DNA of 42,866 nt from an uncultured archaeon (GTDB lineage Archaea; Asgardarchaeota; Lokiarchaeia; Sigyniarchaeales; SOKP01): assembly GCA_964583985.1 (NCBI GenBank), contig CAZOYD010000026.1:1-42866 (forward strand). The letters run 5' to 3'. Positions 10,167-19,888 of this stretch are shown here, piece after piece. A program made the position numbers and the translations under genes. The notes under the pieces were generated by a model. The model worked only from the letters and a program-made list of their open reading frames with translations. It ran no database searches and was not told the origin of the DNA. The stretch's first letter is position 1, and every line of letters begins with the position of its first letter.

Positions 10167-10979
10167 ATGTTGCTCAGTATCGTATCCAGTTTAGATGAAT
10201 CTAAAAGCAAAAAATACGATGTTATCAAAAAGTTCTCATCATTATGCCATTTTTTGAAGTCTCTGCATTATGATGGAATTGAATTGAGCTTGCTTGAACC
10301 TGAAAAGATTGATTTAGATAAGATTTTAGAAATATTGGATTCTTATCAAATGGAAATCCCTGCATTGGGAACAGGTCAAACTTTTATCCGGTTTGGTTTT
10401 TCTTTTGGGGATTTGGAGGAGTCGAATAGAAAAAAAGCAATTGAAAGAATCGCGAAATTTATCGAGTTTGGTCAAAAAACTCAATCTAAAATAATCATTG
10501 GGCTAATTCGAGGGCGTTATAAACATAATAGTAATCCCACGAGGGAAAGAATAAACATCATCTCCTCCTTGAAAGAATGTTGCCGAATGGCAGAAAACTA
10601 TGATGTAGAATTAGTATTTGAACCAATTAATCGATTTGAAATTGATTCGTGCAATACGATATCTCAATCGAAGGAGTTAATAGAAGAAATTGGCTCAGAT
10701 CATTTAAAATTATTAATAGATTCTTTTCATACAAATTTAGAAGAGGATCCCGTATATGTCTGGGATGAGCTAAAATCAATTTCTCATCAAATTGGCCACG
10801 TTCATCTTTCAGATACCACGAGAAGAGATCCTGGTTCGGGACATTTTGATTTCAAAACATTCTTAACGGTTCTTAAACAAGTAGGTTATGATCAATATGT
10901 TTCACTTGAAACAATTATGAAACCGTCGTTTGAAGTCGTAGCAAAGAATTCTGCTCAATATTTGAGATTAATTTTATAA
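10167..10979 (+). CDS. iolO: Sugar isomerase/epimerase (AP endonuclease 2 TIM barrel), probable 5-keto-L-gluconate epimerase
   Basis: ALGTGQ, IIGLIRGR, EPINRFE, DSFHTNLEE, HLSDTTRRDPGSGHFDF resemble Thermotoga IolO. Confidence 0.7.
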   Translation: MLLSIVSSLDESKSKKYDVIKKFSSLCHFLKSLHYDGIELSLLEPEKIDLDKILEILDSYQMEIPALGTGQTFIRFGFSFGDLEESNRKKAIERIAKFIEFGQKTQSKIIIGLIRGRYKHNSNPTRERINIISSLKECCRMAENYDVELVFEPINRFEIDSCNTISQSKELIEEIGSDHLKLLIDSFHTNLEEDPVYVWDELKSISHQIGHVHLSDTTRRDPGSGHFDFKTFLTVLKQVGYDQYVSLETIMKPSFEVVAKNSAQYLRLIL

Positions 10980-10997
10980 AAGTATGAGTTAAAAATT

Positions 10998-12029
10998 TTA
11001 AGGGTGGGGATTTAATATTCCATCTGCAGAAGTATCACCATAAATTTCCTTCCCTAATTTCCTCAAACCTTCCAATCCTATGGGTTCTTCTTGGAGTCTA
11101 TCAGATTCCCAAATTTTTAAACTTTGGAATTCATTTCTAATATCGTAAACATACTTTTGTTGAATGGATGAAACATTCCCGCAGAAATCACACTTTTTTG
11201 CATGCTCCTTTGGAATCAACATGTTTATGTGGGCACCCTCAAGTGTAATATACTTTTTAGTCAAATCTCGAGCTCGCTTAATTTCTTCGAAACTAGGTTT
11301 CTCTGCTATTGTGACCAATCGTAATGAACCAACAGAATGTATGAGTTCGGTTATTCTTTCCCCACGTTTTTCAAGTTCTACCATCATATCAAATATTTCC
11401 TTGCCTAATTCTTTTCTTTTTTCGATATTATCAAATGGTCTAATTAATTGACGTACTACTTTGGAAAATTTTCTTATAGCGTCTTTTATAGAATTATAGA
11501 AATTCAGTGAATATTTTAGCATGACCTTCGCTTGATCTTCAGGAATTTCAAAAAGAGCAACCATATTACCAGTTGGAGGAAAATCTGCAATAATTAAATC
11601 AAATTGTATTTCTGAAGAGTCCGATTTTTCAGCATCCAATATTTGCTGAAAGAACATGGCATTTTTTAAAGCAAGTGGTATTGATTCAGAAGTAAACATT
11701 TCATCAATTTGTTTTTCAATTTGCGGGAGTTTTCCTATTACGGGCATTTCTTTCATTAACTGTTTCATTTTTTCTATCAAATTTTTAGTATAATGTTCAG
11801 CATATTCATTAGGATCAGGTTCAATTGCCCATAAATTTGTTCTTAAAGGCGTAATTTCTTTTCCGATCTCGCAAGCAAAAAGATCAGAAAGATTATGAGC
11901 AATATCAAACGATAATATCAAAATCTTTTTATTTGGTAAAAGATCTGATAATACCACAGCAGTAGCTGCGCTGATGGAACTTTTTCCAACCCCTCCTTTG
12001 CCCCCAAATACCAAAATTTTCTCGATCAT
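10998..12029 (-). CDS. ArsA/Get3 (TRC40) family ATPase
   Basis: GGKGGVGKS P-loop, DIAHNLSD switch I, DFPPTGN switch II, CDFC, EPIGLEGL. Single ATPase domain. Confidence 0.88.
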   Translation of the reverse strand: MIEKILVFGGKGGVGKSSISAATAVVLSDLLPNKKILILSFDIAHNLSDLFACEIGKEITPLRTNLWAIEPDPNEYAEHYTKNLIEKMKQLMKEMPVIGKLPQIEKQIDEMFTSESIPLALKNAMFFQQILDAEKSDSSEIQFDLIIADFPPTGNMVALFEIPEDQAKVMLKYSLNFYNSIKDAIRKFSKVVRQLIRPFDNIEKRKELGKEIFDMMVELEKRGERITELIHSVGSLRLVTIAEKPSFEEIKRARDLTKKYITLEGAHINMLIPKEHAKKCDFCGNVSSIQQKYVYDIRNEFQSLKIWESDRLQEEPIGLEGLRKLGKEIYGDTSADGILNPHP

Positions 12030-12603
12030 TATGAAAATTGAAAGTTAATGATTATAAACTAAAATCATATTGAGTCTAAAAAAAATTTTACTTATTTATT
12101 GGAAATTCCTTTTTTGGGAAAAATATAATTTTTACTGTCATTTCTGAATTTACCTCTTTACACTCCTTAAGGAAATAAAAGTAAATCCTCCCTAAATCCG
12201 TGTTTAACCGATATTTCTCCACTATAATTAACTTCTTTTGAAGGTGGTTTAAAATGACATTATTCCAATAAATAGTCATTGTTTTATAATTATCAATAAA
12301 ATGATTAAAAAAGGGGTATTTTACATGGGTATTATCAATTATTTATTTTAGTAATAAAAAATATATGTGAGAATTCATTTAGATAATCTAACATTTAAAA
12401 AATATTTGCATTTTAAAAGTTCAAATATATCATTCAATTATTAAATCAAAATTATTAATTAAGTTCATAATCAAATCACAATACTATTTACAAATTTATA
12501 ATATAGATCTGAGTCATTTTAGGCAAATTTAATTAACGATATCTATATGAAATTAGTCTTGGTTGGATGTGTATAAGTAATTATGTACATTCAAGTGTGA
12601 TTT

Positions 12604-13849
12604 ATGAAACTTAATTATATTAAGAAAAAAAAAGATGTGATTAAAATAACAAATCAAGTTGATTTCACGACTAAGTACATAATAGAGGCACACTTCAAAA
12701 TATTGGGCGTTGTAGAAAAATCAGATATAAATTGCTGTCATTTCGACGCGATTATCTAATGTCGGCGCCATATTTGGTCAAACCGAGGGTCTTCTTTTAG
12801 ATCTTGACTTGCGAGATCTTCAAAAATCAGGAAGAATAGGGCGTATTGAGGTCGATACTGAATCTAAGGAGGGAGTTACCGAAGGAGTTATTAAAATCCC
12901 TAGTAGCCTTACACGAAAAGAAACCGCATTATTAGCAGCAACAGTAGAGTCTGTTTCGAGAGTCGGTCCATGTGAAGCAGAAATTACTCTAATTGAAATA
13001 CGAGATGTAAGAGAAACAAAAAGAAAGAAAATTATCGAAAGAGCAGCAGAACTTCTAAAGGAATGGGATCAAAATTCATTAGAACCAAGTGAAATAGAAG
13101 AGAAAATAGACGCTGATATTAAATTAGGTGAAATTATCTCATGGGGTCCAGAAAATCTTCCCGCGGGTCCAGATGTAGAATCGAATCCGGAATTAATAAT
13201 TGTAGAAGGCAGAGCAGATGTTCTAAATCTACTGCGGATTGATGTGAAAAATACGATAGCTGTTCAAGGGACTCAAATACCAAAATCAATTGTTGATCTT
13301 GCAAAGACTAAAGAGTCCATAATAGCCTTTTTGGATGGAGATAGAGGTGGTACGATTATTCAAAATGAGTTAACTCAACTAATCAAGATCGATTACATTG
13401 CTCGTGCTCCTGAGGGTTATGAGGTAGAAGAATTAACTCGAAAGCAAATGATTAAATCCCTGCAAAATAAAAAACCTACAAACGCGATAGAAGAAAAAGA
13501 GATAGTTCCTGCTGAAAAGGAATATACCGGAAGGGATGCGAATCTTAAGAAATTTTTAAAGCGTACTAAATTAAAACATCACGATGAAATAATTAACATG
13601 ATTAAAAACGTACCATCAGGGCAAGGTCTGGGTTTTTCCAAGAACATGGAAAAATTGTTCGAAATTCCTGTAGGTGAACTCTTTGAGAAAATTAAAGAAT
13701 ATAAAAACACTCAAGTTTTAATTTTAGATGGCATTTTAACTAAGAGATTGCTTTCTTCTGCTCTATCAATGAAACTTAAATTAATCGCGTGTAAAAATAA
13801 GGAAGAAGATCTCGCAATTCCTTATAACATCGTAGTTTTCTTTTTCTAA
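12604..13849 (+). CDS. dnaG: Archaeal DnaG (TOPRIM protein, exosome-associated), two exons: 12604-12728 + 12760-13849
   Basis: Exon 1 TTKYIIEAHFKILGVVEKSD. Exon 2 VGAIFGQTEGLL..DLRDLQKSGRIGRIEV, IIVEGRADVLNL, FLDGDRGG, YIARAP..EVEEL. Spliced length 1215 nt (404 aa) from ATG 12604; GTG 12637 is an alternative start. Confidence 0.93.
12729..12759 (+). other. Putative 31-nt bulge-helix-bulge intron in dnaG mRNA
   Basis: AGAT(12723-26)/ATCT(12754-57) 4-bp helix, 3-nt bulges ATA and AAT, inner stem AATTGC/GCGATT plus GTC/GAC. Excision gives TCA GAT ATT GTC GGC (SDIVG). Confidence 0.88.
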
Positions 13850-13858
13850 TTACTTTTT

Positions 13859-14278
13859 TCATTTTTTTTTAAAATCAATTTTAATAGGAATGCCATTTAT
13901 TAAAGGATCATAGACTGGACAATAATTCTTGAATTCTGCAATACATTCATCAAGTTCATCTTCATTATAACCTTCTTTTAAAGAAAGGTTAAATTCAATT
14001 TGAATTTGCTTTAATCTTAAAAAAAGGTTTGGTTGGTCGTGTTTTAAGACACCATTTATGATGATTTCCAAATCATCGATTTCGATGTTTCGTTTTCCTA
14101 AACAATATGCAAATGTTGATGATAAGCATCCACCTATACCAGTTAGAAGATATTCAACCGGACTCGGACCTAAATCAGTACCATGAAACGATTTTGGCTC
14201 ATCTATTAAAAGGTTATCAAATTTCCGTATTTTTGCTTTAAAATGAAGGTTATTACAGTACGTTATGATAATTTTCAT
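13859..14278 (-). CDS. OsmC/Ohr family protein
   Basis: DEPKSFHGTDLGPSPVEYLLTGIGGC...YCPV two-cysteine pattern. Confidence 0.9.
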   Translation of the reverse strand: MKIIITYCNNLHFKAKIRKFDNLLIDEPKSFHGTDLGPSPVEYLLTGIGGCLSSTFAYCLGKRNIEIDDLEIIINGVLKHDQPNLFLRLKQIQIEFNLSLKEGYNEDELDECIAEFKNYCPVYDPLINGIPIKIDFKKK

Positions 14279-14326
14279 AAAAAGATCACTTATCTTTGGT
14301 AAAAACAAAGAATGAGAGAAATAAAA

Positions 14327-14578
14327 TTAACTTATTCCTAAGGTGGTGTTTATTACTGTGAAAATCAGTTGAATGACATAAGATACTGCACCTAAAAGAG
14401 CCAAACCTATTGCGCAAATCTTAAAAATTGTGAAATATTCCTTTCTTGTTGGCTTATTGGCAATTTTAATTATTCTCTTTGTATTTTGGATGAAAATAAC
14501 CATTCTTTCATATAAGCTAGGTTTTTTCTTCCTATCATACTCAGAGTATTTATCATATTTGGGGTAATTTTTTGACAC
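14327..14578 (-). CDS. secE: Protein translocase subunit SecE/Sec61-gamma
   Basis: RIIKIANKPTRKEY followed by one C-terminal TM (GLALLGAVSYVIQL); follows ftsY. Confidence 0.9.
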   Translation of the reverse strand: MSKNYPKYDKYSEYDRKKKPSLYERMVIFIQNTKRIIKIANKPTRKEYFTIFKICAIGLALLGAVSYVIQLIFTVINTTLGIS

Positions 14579-14685
14579 ATATAAATTAAAATTGAATATT
14601 TAAAAAACTTAACTATGGATGAATTGAACAAAGAAAGTTATCTTTACCATATTAAATGTTAAAAATAATAAGTATGATGAGGATT

Positions 14686-15585
14686 TTAAATTTCAAGGAT
14701 ACTTGAGATAAAAAAATCCTTATTAAAAGGGATTAGATCATCATAACCTTGCCCTATTCCTACAAAAATAATTGGCTTTTTAGTTTCATAAGATATGGAT
14801 AATGCAGCGCCTCCTTTAGCGTCAGCATCTAATTTTGTTAAAATATTAGCGTCAATTCCTACGTGCTTATTAAATTCTTTCGCTTGATTCAAGGCGTCAT
14901 TTCCTGCTAAGCTATCACCTACAAATACAATTAAGTCTGGTTCAGCAACCCTTACTATTTTTTGCATTTCTATCAGTAGATTTTTGTTCGTGACTTGTCT
15001 GCCAGCAGTATCTATTAAAACTACTTGAACATTTTTTGCCTTAGCATGTTGGATAGTATCAAATGCCACGCTAGCAGGATCAGATTTATATTCATGTTTT
15101 ATCATTCTAATTCCTACTTTTTCCATATGATATGCTAGTTGTTCTATTGCAGCAGCCCTAAAGGTATCCGCTGCTGCTGCAACAGAAATGATGTCATTTT
15201 TTTTTAGAAAATGTGCAAATTTTGCAATTGTAGTTGTTTTCCCGGTACCATTTACTCCTAAAAAAAGAATAACATACGGTGAGCCTTTAGCATTTTTTGA
15301 CCTTATCTCATTAATCACGTCAATGGATTTTTCAGGTGTCAAGATCTCAGTCACAATATTTGTGAGAATTTCGAAAAGGATCTTCTGTTTTGAAGAAAAT
15401 ACACCGACGGGTAAATCTTTAATAGAGTTCTTTATTTTTGAGCATATAATATCAGCAGTTTCTATTGCTACATCATTACTAATTAATAATAGGTTAAGTT
15501 CAGATAGCGCTGATTCAAGTTTTTCTTCAGATAAAGTTTTTTTTATAAAATTTGAAAAAACTCCCTTTAAACCCTTTTTTTTCAT
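14686..15585 (-). CDS. ftsY: Signal recognition particle receptor FtsY (NG domain)
   Basis: GVNGTGKTTTIAK, DTFRAAAIEQL, DTAGR, TKLDADAKGG, GQGYDDL. Confidence 0.96.
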   Translation of the reverse strand: MKKKGLKGVFSNFIKKTLSEEKLESALSELNLLLISNDVAIETADIICSKIKNSIKDLPVGVFSSKQKILFEILTNIVTEILTPEKSIDVINEIRSKNAKGSPYVILFLGVNGTGKTTTIAKFAHFLKKNDIISVAAAADTFRAAAIEQLAYHMEKVGIRMIKHEYKSDPASVAFDTIQHAKAKNVQVVLIDTAGRQVTNKNLLIEMQKIVRVAEPDLIVFVGDSLAGNDALNQAKEFNKHVGIDANILTKLDADAKGGAALSISYETKKPIIFVGIGQGYDDLIPFNKDFFISSILEI

Positions 15586-15625
15586 TGATCTATCCCAGTT
15601 TTTTTCTTTAGAATAAGAAAAAGTT

Positions 15626-16045
15626 CTATTTTTTTTGATTGAGAGCGCCTTGGAGAGATTCTCCCATACCTTGAAGAGCTAATTCAATAGATTGAAGTCT
15701 TTCGATTACGAATTTCATACTTTCACTATATTGATTAATAAGCTTATCAATGTATTCAATAGATTCTCCTAGACTCCTCTCGATAACAATATCTTGACCA
15801 ATAAAAAGCAGAGCATTATTAGTTTCTTTGATTGAAGCTTTAATACTGACGATACCACCAATAGGAATTAAGATCTCATCATCTTCCTTAACTCCATCCA
15901 TGATATTTTCAATAGTTTTCTTGCTATTTTGAAAGTTAATTATTGATGCATTCATTAATTCAAATTGATTTTGATATATATCTCGTTGTTCTTGTAAATA
16001 GCGAAATTGATTTAATTGACGCTGGAAATTTTGAGATTGTTCCAT
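15626..16045 (-). CDS. pfdA: Prefoldin alpha subunit
   Basis: Coiled coils flanking EILIPIGG and IGQDIVIERS hairpins; conserved position between rplX and ftsY. Confidence 0.9.
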   Translation of the reverse strand: MEQSQNFQRQLNQFRYLQEQRDIYQNQFELMNASIINFQNSKKTIENIMDGVKEDDEILIPIGGIVSIKASIKETNNALLFIGQDIVIERSLGESIEYIDKLINQYSESMKFVIERLQSIELALQGMGESLQGALNQKK

Positions 16046-16069
16046 ATAGACCACTTTTAAAAAACAAAT

Positions 16070-16297
16070 TTATTGCGATAATTCTCTTATGAGATAATCA
16101 TGAGATTCTTCTAACGGTATTTCGCGAATTTCTCGTATTTTGATTTGCCTACGAAGAATACCTATAGATGTAATTTGACTGAGAGCTTTTTCAAGAGCAT
16201 CTTCCTTCTTCATTGCTCGAACTTCTTTTCGGAATAAATATTTCCTATAATTCTTATAGTATGTTCCAACAATTCGATAAATTTTGATCTCCGACAT
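16070..16297 (-). CDS. rpl18ae: 50S ribosomal protein eL20 (L18Ae/LX)
   Basis: KIYRIVG...FRKEVRAMKKEDALEK...RRQIKIREIREI; conserved synteny. Confidence 0.9.
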   Translation of the reverse strand: MSEIKIYRIVGTYYKNYRKYLFRKEVRAMKKEDALEKALSQITSIGILRRQIKIREIREIPLEESHDYLIRELSQ

Positions 16298-16406
16298 GAT
16301 AATTCAAATCCTTAGTCGCAATGTGTGTAACCATAAAAATTAATCCAAAAATATTAAATTTTGGTTTTTTATTCTACTCTCTATTTTAAGTTATAAAAAT
16401 TAAGCA

Positions 16407-17087
16407 TTATAATCTTAAGACATTAGTTAATCGCATCATTTCAGGACCGGTACATGCTTGTCCAAATATACTATCTCTATCATTGACAACAGCTCCAGAA
16501 GATAAATAAGGTATGCCCCGATTAACGGTAGAGACATCTACTTCTTCAACCTTTAAAATGCTAGTGATTTGTTCAATTTCTGGATCACTTGTCAAAGGGT
16601 GTACTAAACAGCCATGATTATTGCAAACAGCAGTCGAGCCAGGAAGGTAATTATTGGCAAATTCAAAAACAATGGTTTCCACATTCAAAATGTCTTCAAC
16701 CTCCTTTCTATAATCCTTTAAAAGAGTACTGATAATAGCTCCTTTATCATTACATAAAATTAAATTTCCAAAAGCATTATCTAGTGATTTAAATTCTCCT
16801 ATTTGATAAGATGGAGTAACTTGTTTTATGTACATATTTAAATTATCTAACTCATCTTCTCTAATTATATGAGGAACTATTATTCCATATTTATTGCTAA
16901 CAGTATATATACCTATCAAGTTTGAATTATTTACAGAAATAGGAAAAAAAGGTACTTCAAATGTGCTTTTAATTTTTTTTACTGCCATATTCATTAATGT
17001 GGATGGATATAGTCCATAAAGATTATTTACTGATAAATAGACTCCGACCGAATTTTTTCCAAATAGTTGGTATTTTAATATGGTCAT
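16407..17087 (-). CDS. eif6: Translation initiation factor aIF6/eIF6
   Basis: GNLILCNDKGA, NNHGCLVHP, STVNRG, TGPEM. ATG 17087 preferred over the upstream start at 17135. Confidence 0.94.
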   Translation of the reverse strand: MTILKYQLFGKNSVGVYLSVNNLYGLYPSTLMNMAVKKIKSTFEVPFFPISVNNSNLIGIYTVSNKYGIIVPHIIREDELDNLNMYIKQVTPSYQIGEFKSLDNAFGNLILCNDKGAIISTLLKDYRKEVEDILNVETIVFEFANNYLPGSTAVCNNHGCLVHPLTSDPEIEQITSILKVEEVDVSTVNRGIPYLSSGAVVNDRDSIFGQACTGPEMMRLTNVLRL

Positions 17088-17257
17088 TTTAAGCTCAACG
17101 ATGTCTTGTACATAAAGTAAAAGGTTTAAAACCATAAATATTTTATTAAAAATGCGAATCTTAAATGAAGTTATTAATGAACTTGAATATTTTCTGTTCT
17201 AAGAAAAACTCCATCTATATCCTTAGTTAATCTTTATTAACAAAGTTCACTTAATTA

Positions 17258-19486
17258 ATGTTTATGATTGATTGGATTATTACCTTTTTTTACTTTTTAA
17301 ACAGCTTGGAATTTTTAACAGTGGTGCAAATTTTTGCTAAAAACTTGGTGATACTTGCTTTCTCTCGAGGATTCTATATTATTACATATTATATTACTTA
17401 TTTTAAGAATTATACCAATAAAACGAATGAAAATATCCAAATGTTTTCGAATAAAGAGAAAACTTACTTTGGGATAAAACAACTCTTTATTTTTTTATTT
17501 GGGATGCTATTTTTTCCAATTTCAATATTCATCTCTTTCTATTCACTTATAATTAGTGGATATTACTTGAAAAGAATCGCAGAAGAAAAAAGAAATAGAT
17601 GGATAAAAGGGTTAAGCAAATTAATTATATTGTTAACTCCAATAGTAGGAATTTTATGGTTTACATTTGTTCAGATTGATTACTATTCATTAGCTGCGGT
17701 AGGGTTTAGTTTATTAGCTTTCTTGTATTATGGTCTAAAGGTCTCAAAACTTTCACTTTCAGAATTATTGGAGAAATTTTCCAAAAGACGTTTTCAAAAA
17801 CTTCCTAAAATTGTCCAATATGTCTTTCTATTAATTCTAATTGCATTTCCAACAACTTTGATAATTGGAACCGCTATATATTCTCCTCAAACCAAATTAA
17901 CTTTTATGATTCCCATGAGAGATGATGTTAAATTAGCTACCGATGTCTATTTTGCACCGGGGTCTTTTGGTACTCCAAGACCAGTCATACTTATAAGAAC
18001 AACTTATGGTAAAGATGGAATGGGAGATCTTTATGGCATGTTGTACCTTACCCAAAATTACCATGTGGTGATGCAAGATTGTAGAGGTACTTTTGAGTCT
18101 CCTGCAGGAAATAATTTCATACTTTTTGCTAATGATTATAAAGATGGTGTGGATACAATTAATTGGATATTACACCAATCTTGGTGTAATGGCAAAATCG
18201 CCTCTGCTGGAGCTTCTGCTCTTGGTATAAATGAATATTTTTATGCAGGAATGAATCCTGAGGGATTAGTTGCTCAATCTATAATGATAGCTACTCCAGA
18301 TTTATACAAAACATCAATTTATCAAGGAGGTGCTTTTAGAGAAAGTTTATCAACAGAATGGGCTCGTCTTACCGCTCCTAATAATTATCTTTATCAACTT
18401 GAGCAATTAACGAAGCATTCACTGAAAGATAAATTTTATAACTCCACTTCGTTATTTATGGATATTGGCCCAACTTTCGAAAATGTTAGCGTTAGTGCAA
18501 TTCACATTGGAGGATGGTACGACTTGTTTCAACAAGGTACTCTTGATGGTTACATAGGATATGATGATCACGGTCTTACATCCGCCCAAGGTAAACAACT
18601 CCTTATTATGGGGCCATTTACTCACGGCTTTCCCTCAGAAGGACAACAAGGTGAATTATTCTTTCCCACTAAATCTGTCAGTGCGTCTAATTTATATCTT
18701 AATTGGGAGCAACAACTATTTGATCACGCATTGCTAGGGACTCAATTTGATTGGACAGATAATAGGGTTGCATATTATATGATGGGAGATTTGAATGATT
18801 CATCTTCAGATGTAAATAATTATCGGTTTGCTAAAGACTGGCCCATCCCCTATGTAAATGATACGTGGTATTTCGATGTTGAAGGAGCATTTTTAAATAA
18901 CACCTTACCATTAGCAAATTTAAATTATTCATACTTATATGATCCTCGAAATCCTGTACCTACCCTTGGAGGAACCAATTTAATTATTCCATCTGGACCA
19001 TTTGACCAAAGATCGATTGAGAATAGAACTGATGTTTTGGTATTTGATAGTTCAATTTTAACTTCTCCTTATGAGACAATTGGGCATATGTGGGCTCATC
19101 TCTATGTAAAATCAAATTGTACAAATACCGATTTTACAGTAAAAATTAGTGATGTATATCCTGATGGAAAATCGATCTTAATAAGTGATGGCATAATAAA
19201 TGCTGCTAGAAGAGATGGATTTAATTTTACCGCACCAGATTTAAATGGAGTCAAATTTGCAGAAGTAGATATTGATCTATGGTCCACGGCCTATAAATTT
19301 AATGCAGGACATAAAATTAGAATTGCCATATCAAGTTCAAATTATCCACGTTTTGCTGCAAATCCAAACACAGGAGCAGCACAACAAATTTATTCTTATC
19401 AATATCTCCAAAAATTCATAGCAAATAATTCTATTTTAGTAAGTCCTGATTACCCATCCCATATTATTCTACCAAGACCAATTTAA
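17258..19486 (+). CDS. Membrane-anchored CocE/NonD family serine hydrolase
   Basis: IPMRDDVKLATDVY, RTTYG, QDCRGTFES, GASALG nucleophile elbow, GGWYD, GPFTH, SSSNYPRF. About 200-aa hydrophobic N-terminus. Confidence 0.9.
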   Translation: MFMIDWIITFFYFLNSLEFLTVVQIFAKNLVILAFSRGFYIITYYITYFKNYTNKTNENIQMFSNKEKTYFGIKQLFIFLFGMLFFPISIFISFYSLIISGYYLKRIAEEKRNRWIKGLSKLIILLTPIVGILWFTFVQIDYYSLAAVGFSLLAFLYYGLKVSKLSLSELLEKFSKRRFQKLPKIVQYVFLLILIAFPTTLIIGTAIYSPQTKLTFMIPMRDDVKLATDVYFAPGSFGTPRPVILIRTTYGKDGMGDLYGMLYLTQNYHVVMQDCRGTFESPAGNNFILFANDYKDGVDTINWILHQSWCNGKIASAGASALGINEYFYAGMNPEGLVAQSIMIATPDLYKTSIYQGGAFRESLSTEWARLTAPNNYLYQLEQLTKHSLKDKFYNSTSLFMDIGPTFENVSVSAIHIGGWYDLFQQGTLDGYIGYDDHGLTSAQGKQLLIMGPFTHGFPSEGQQGELFFPTKSVSASNLYLNWEQQLFDHALLGTQFDWTDNRVAYYMMGDLNDSSSDVNNYRFAKDWPIPYVNDTWYFDVEGAFLNNTLPLANLNYSYLYDPRNPVPTLGGTNLIIPSGPFDQRSIENRTDVLVFDSSILTSPYETIGHMWAHLYVKSNCTNTDFTVKISDVYPDGKSILISDGIINAARRDGFNFTAPDLNGVKFAEVDIDLWSTAYKFNAGHKIRIAISSSNYPRFAANPNTGAAQQIYSYQYLQKFIANNSILVSPDYPSHIILPRPI

Positions 19487-19527
19487 TAATACTAAACTCT
19501 TTTTTTTTTTTAATGGTGAAAAAAAGG

Positions 19528-19764
19528 TTATTCTAACATTTTAAGAAATTGCTGTTCATTCAAAAAGATAACCCCTAAATCTTTGGCTTTTGTGAAATGT
19601 GCGCGATTAGGGTTAGATTTATTAGTAACATAATACCAAAGATCATTTGTTATATCTTCACGGATGATCCCCCCGTTTTCTATAACTTTGGATTTAGCTT
19701 TATCCACGCTAATAGTTTCCAAGTCATCAGAAATACAGAATTTTATCAATGACAAATCAGCCAT
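19528..19764 (-). CDS. Stand-alone BRCT domain protein
   Basis: FCISDDL...KAKSKVIENGG...YYVTN...KAKDLGVIFLNEQQFLKML resembles the BRCT domain of NAD-dependent ligase. Confidence 0.75.
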   Translation of the reverse strand: MADLSLIKFCISDDLETISVDKAKSKVIENGGIIREDITNDLWYYVTNKSNPNRAHFTKAKDLGVIFLNEQQFLKMLE

Positions 19765-19888
19765 AATTGATCCAACATCTCTCTATTTGTTATAAAAGAT
19801 GTAAGATAATTTTCGTTTGGGATTTTAAAAATTTAAAGGCTATAAAAAATTTGTAATTTTCTCTCGTTAGAGAAAATGAAAATAAGGA

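Noticed and set aside
12088-12279. 63-aa ORF between the Get3-like gene and dnaG
   Set aside because: AT-rich divergent promoter region; no motif or clear SD.
12721-12760. dnaG break explained as a sequencing frameshift, programmed frameshift or pseudogene
   Set aside because: A 1-nt shift would leave about 10 extra residues inside the conserved EKxDxxGAIFG motif. The insertion matches BHB cut geometry exactly and the rest of the gene is intact.
12809-13849. ORF-track start of dnaG at TTG 12809
   Set aside because: It drops the conserved N-terminal motifs, which are present upstream and joined by removing the 31-nt BHB segment.
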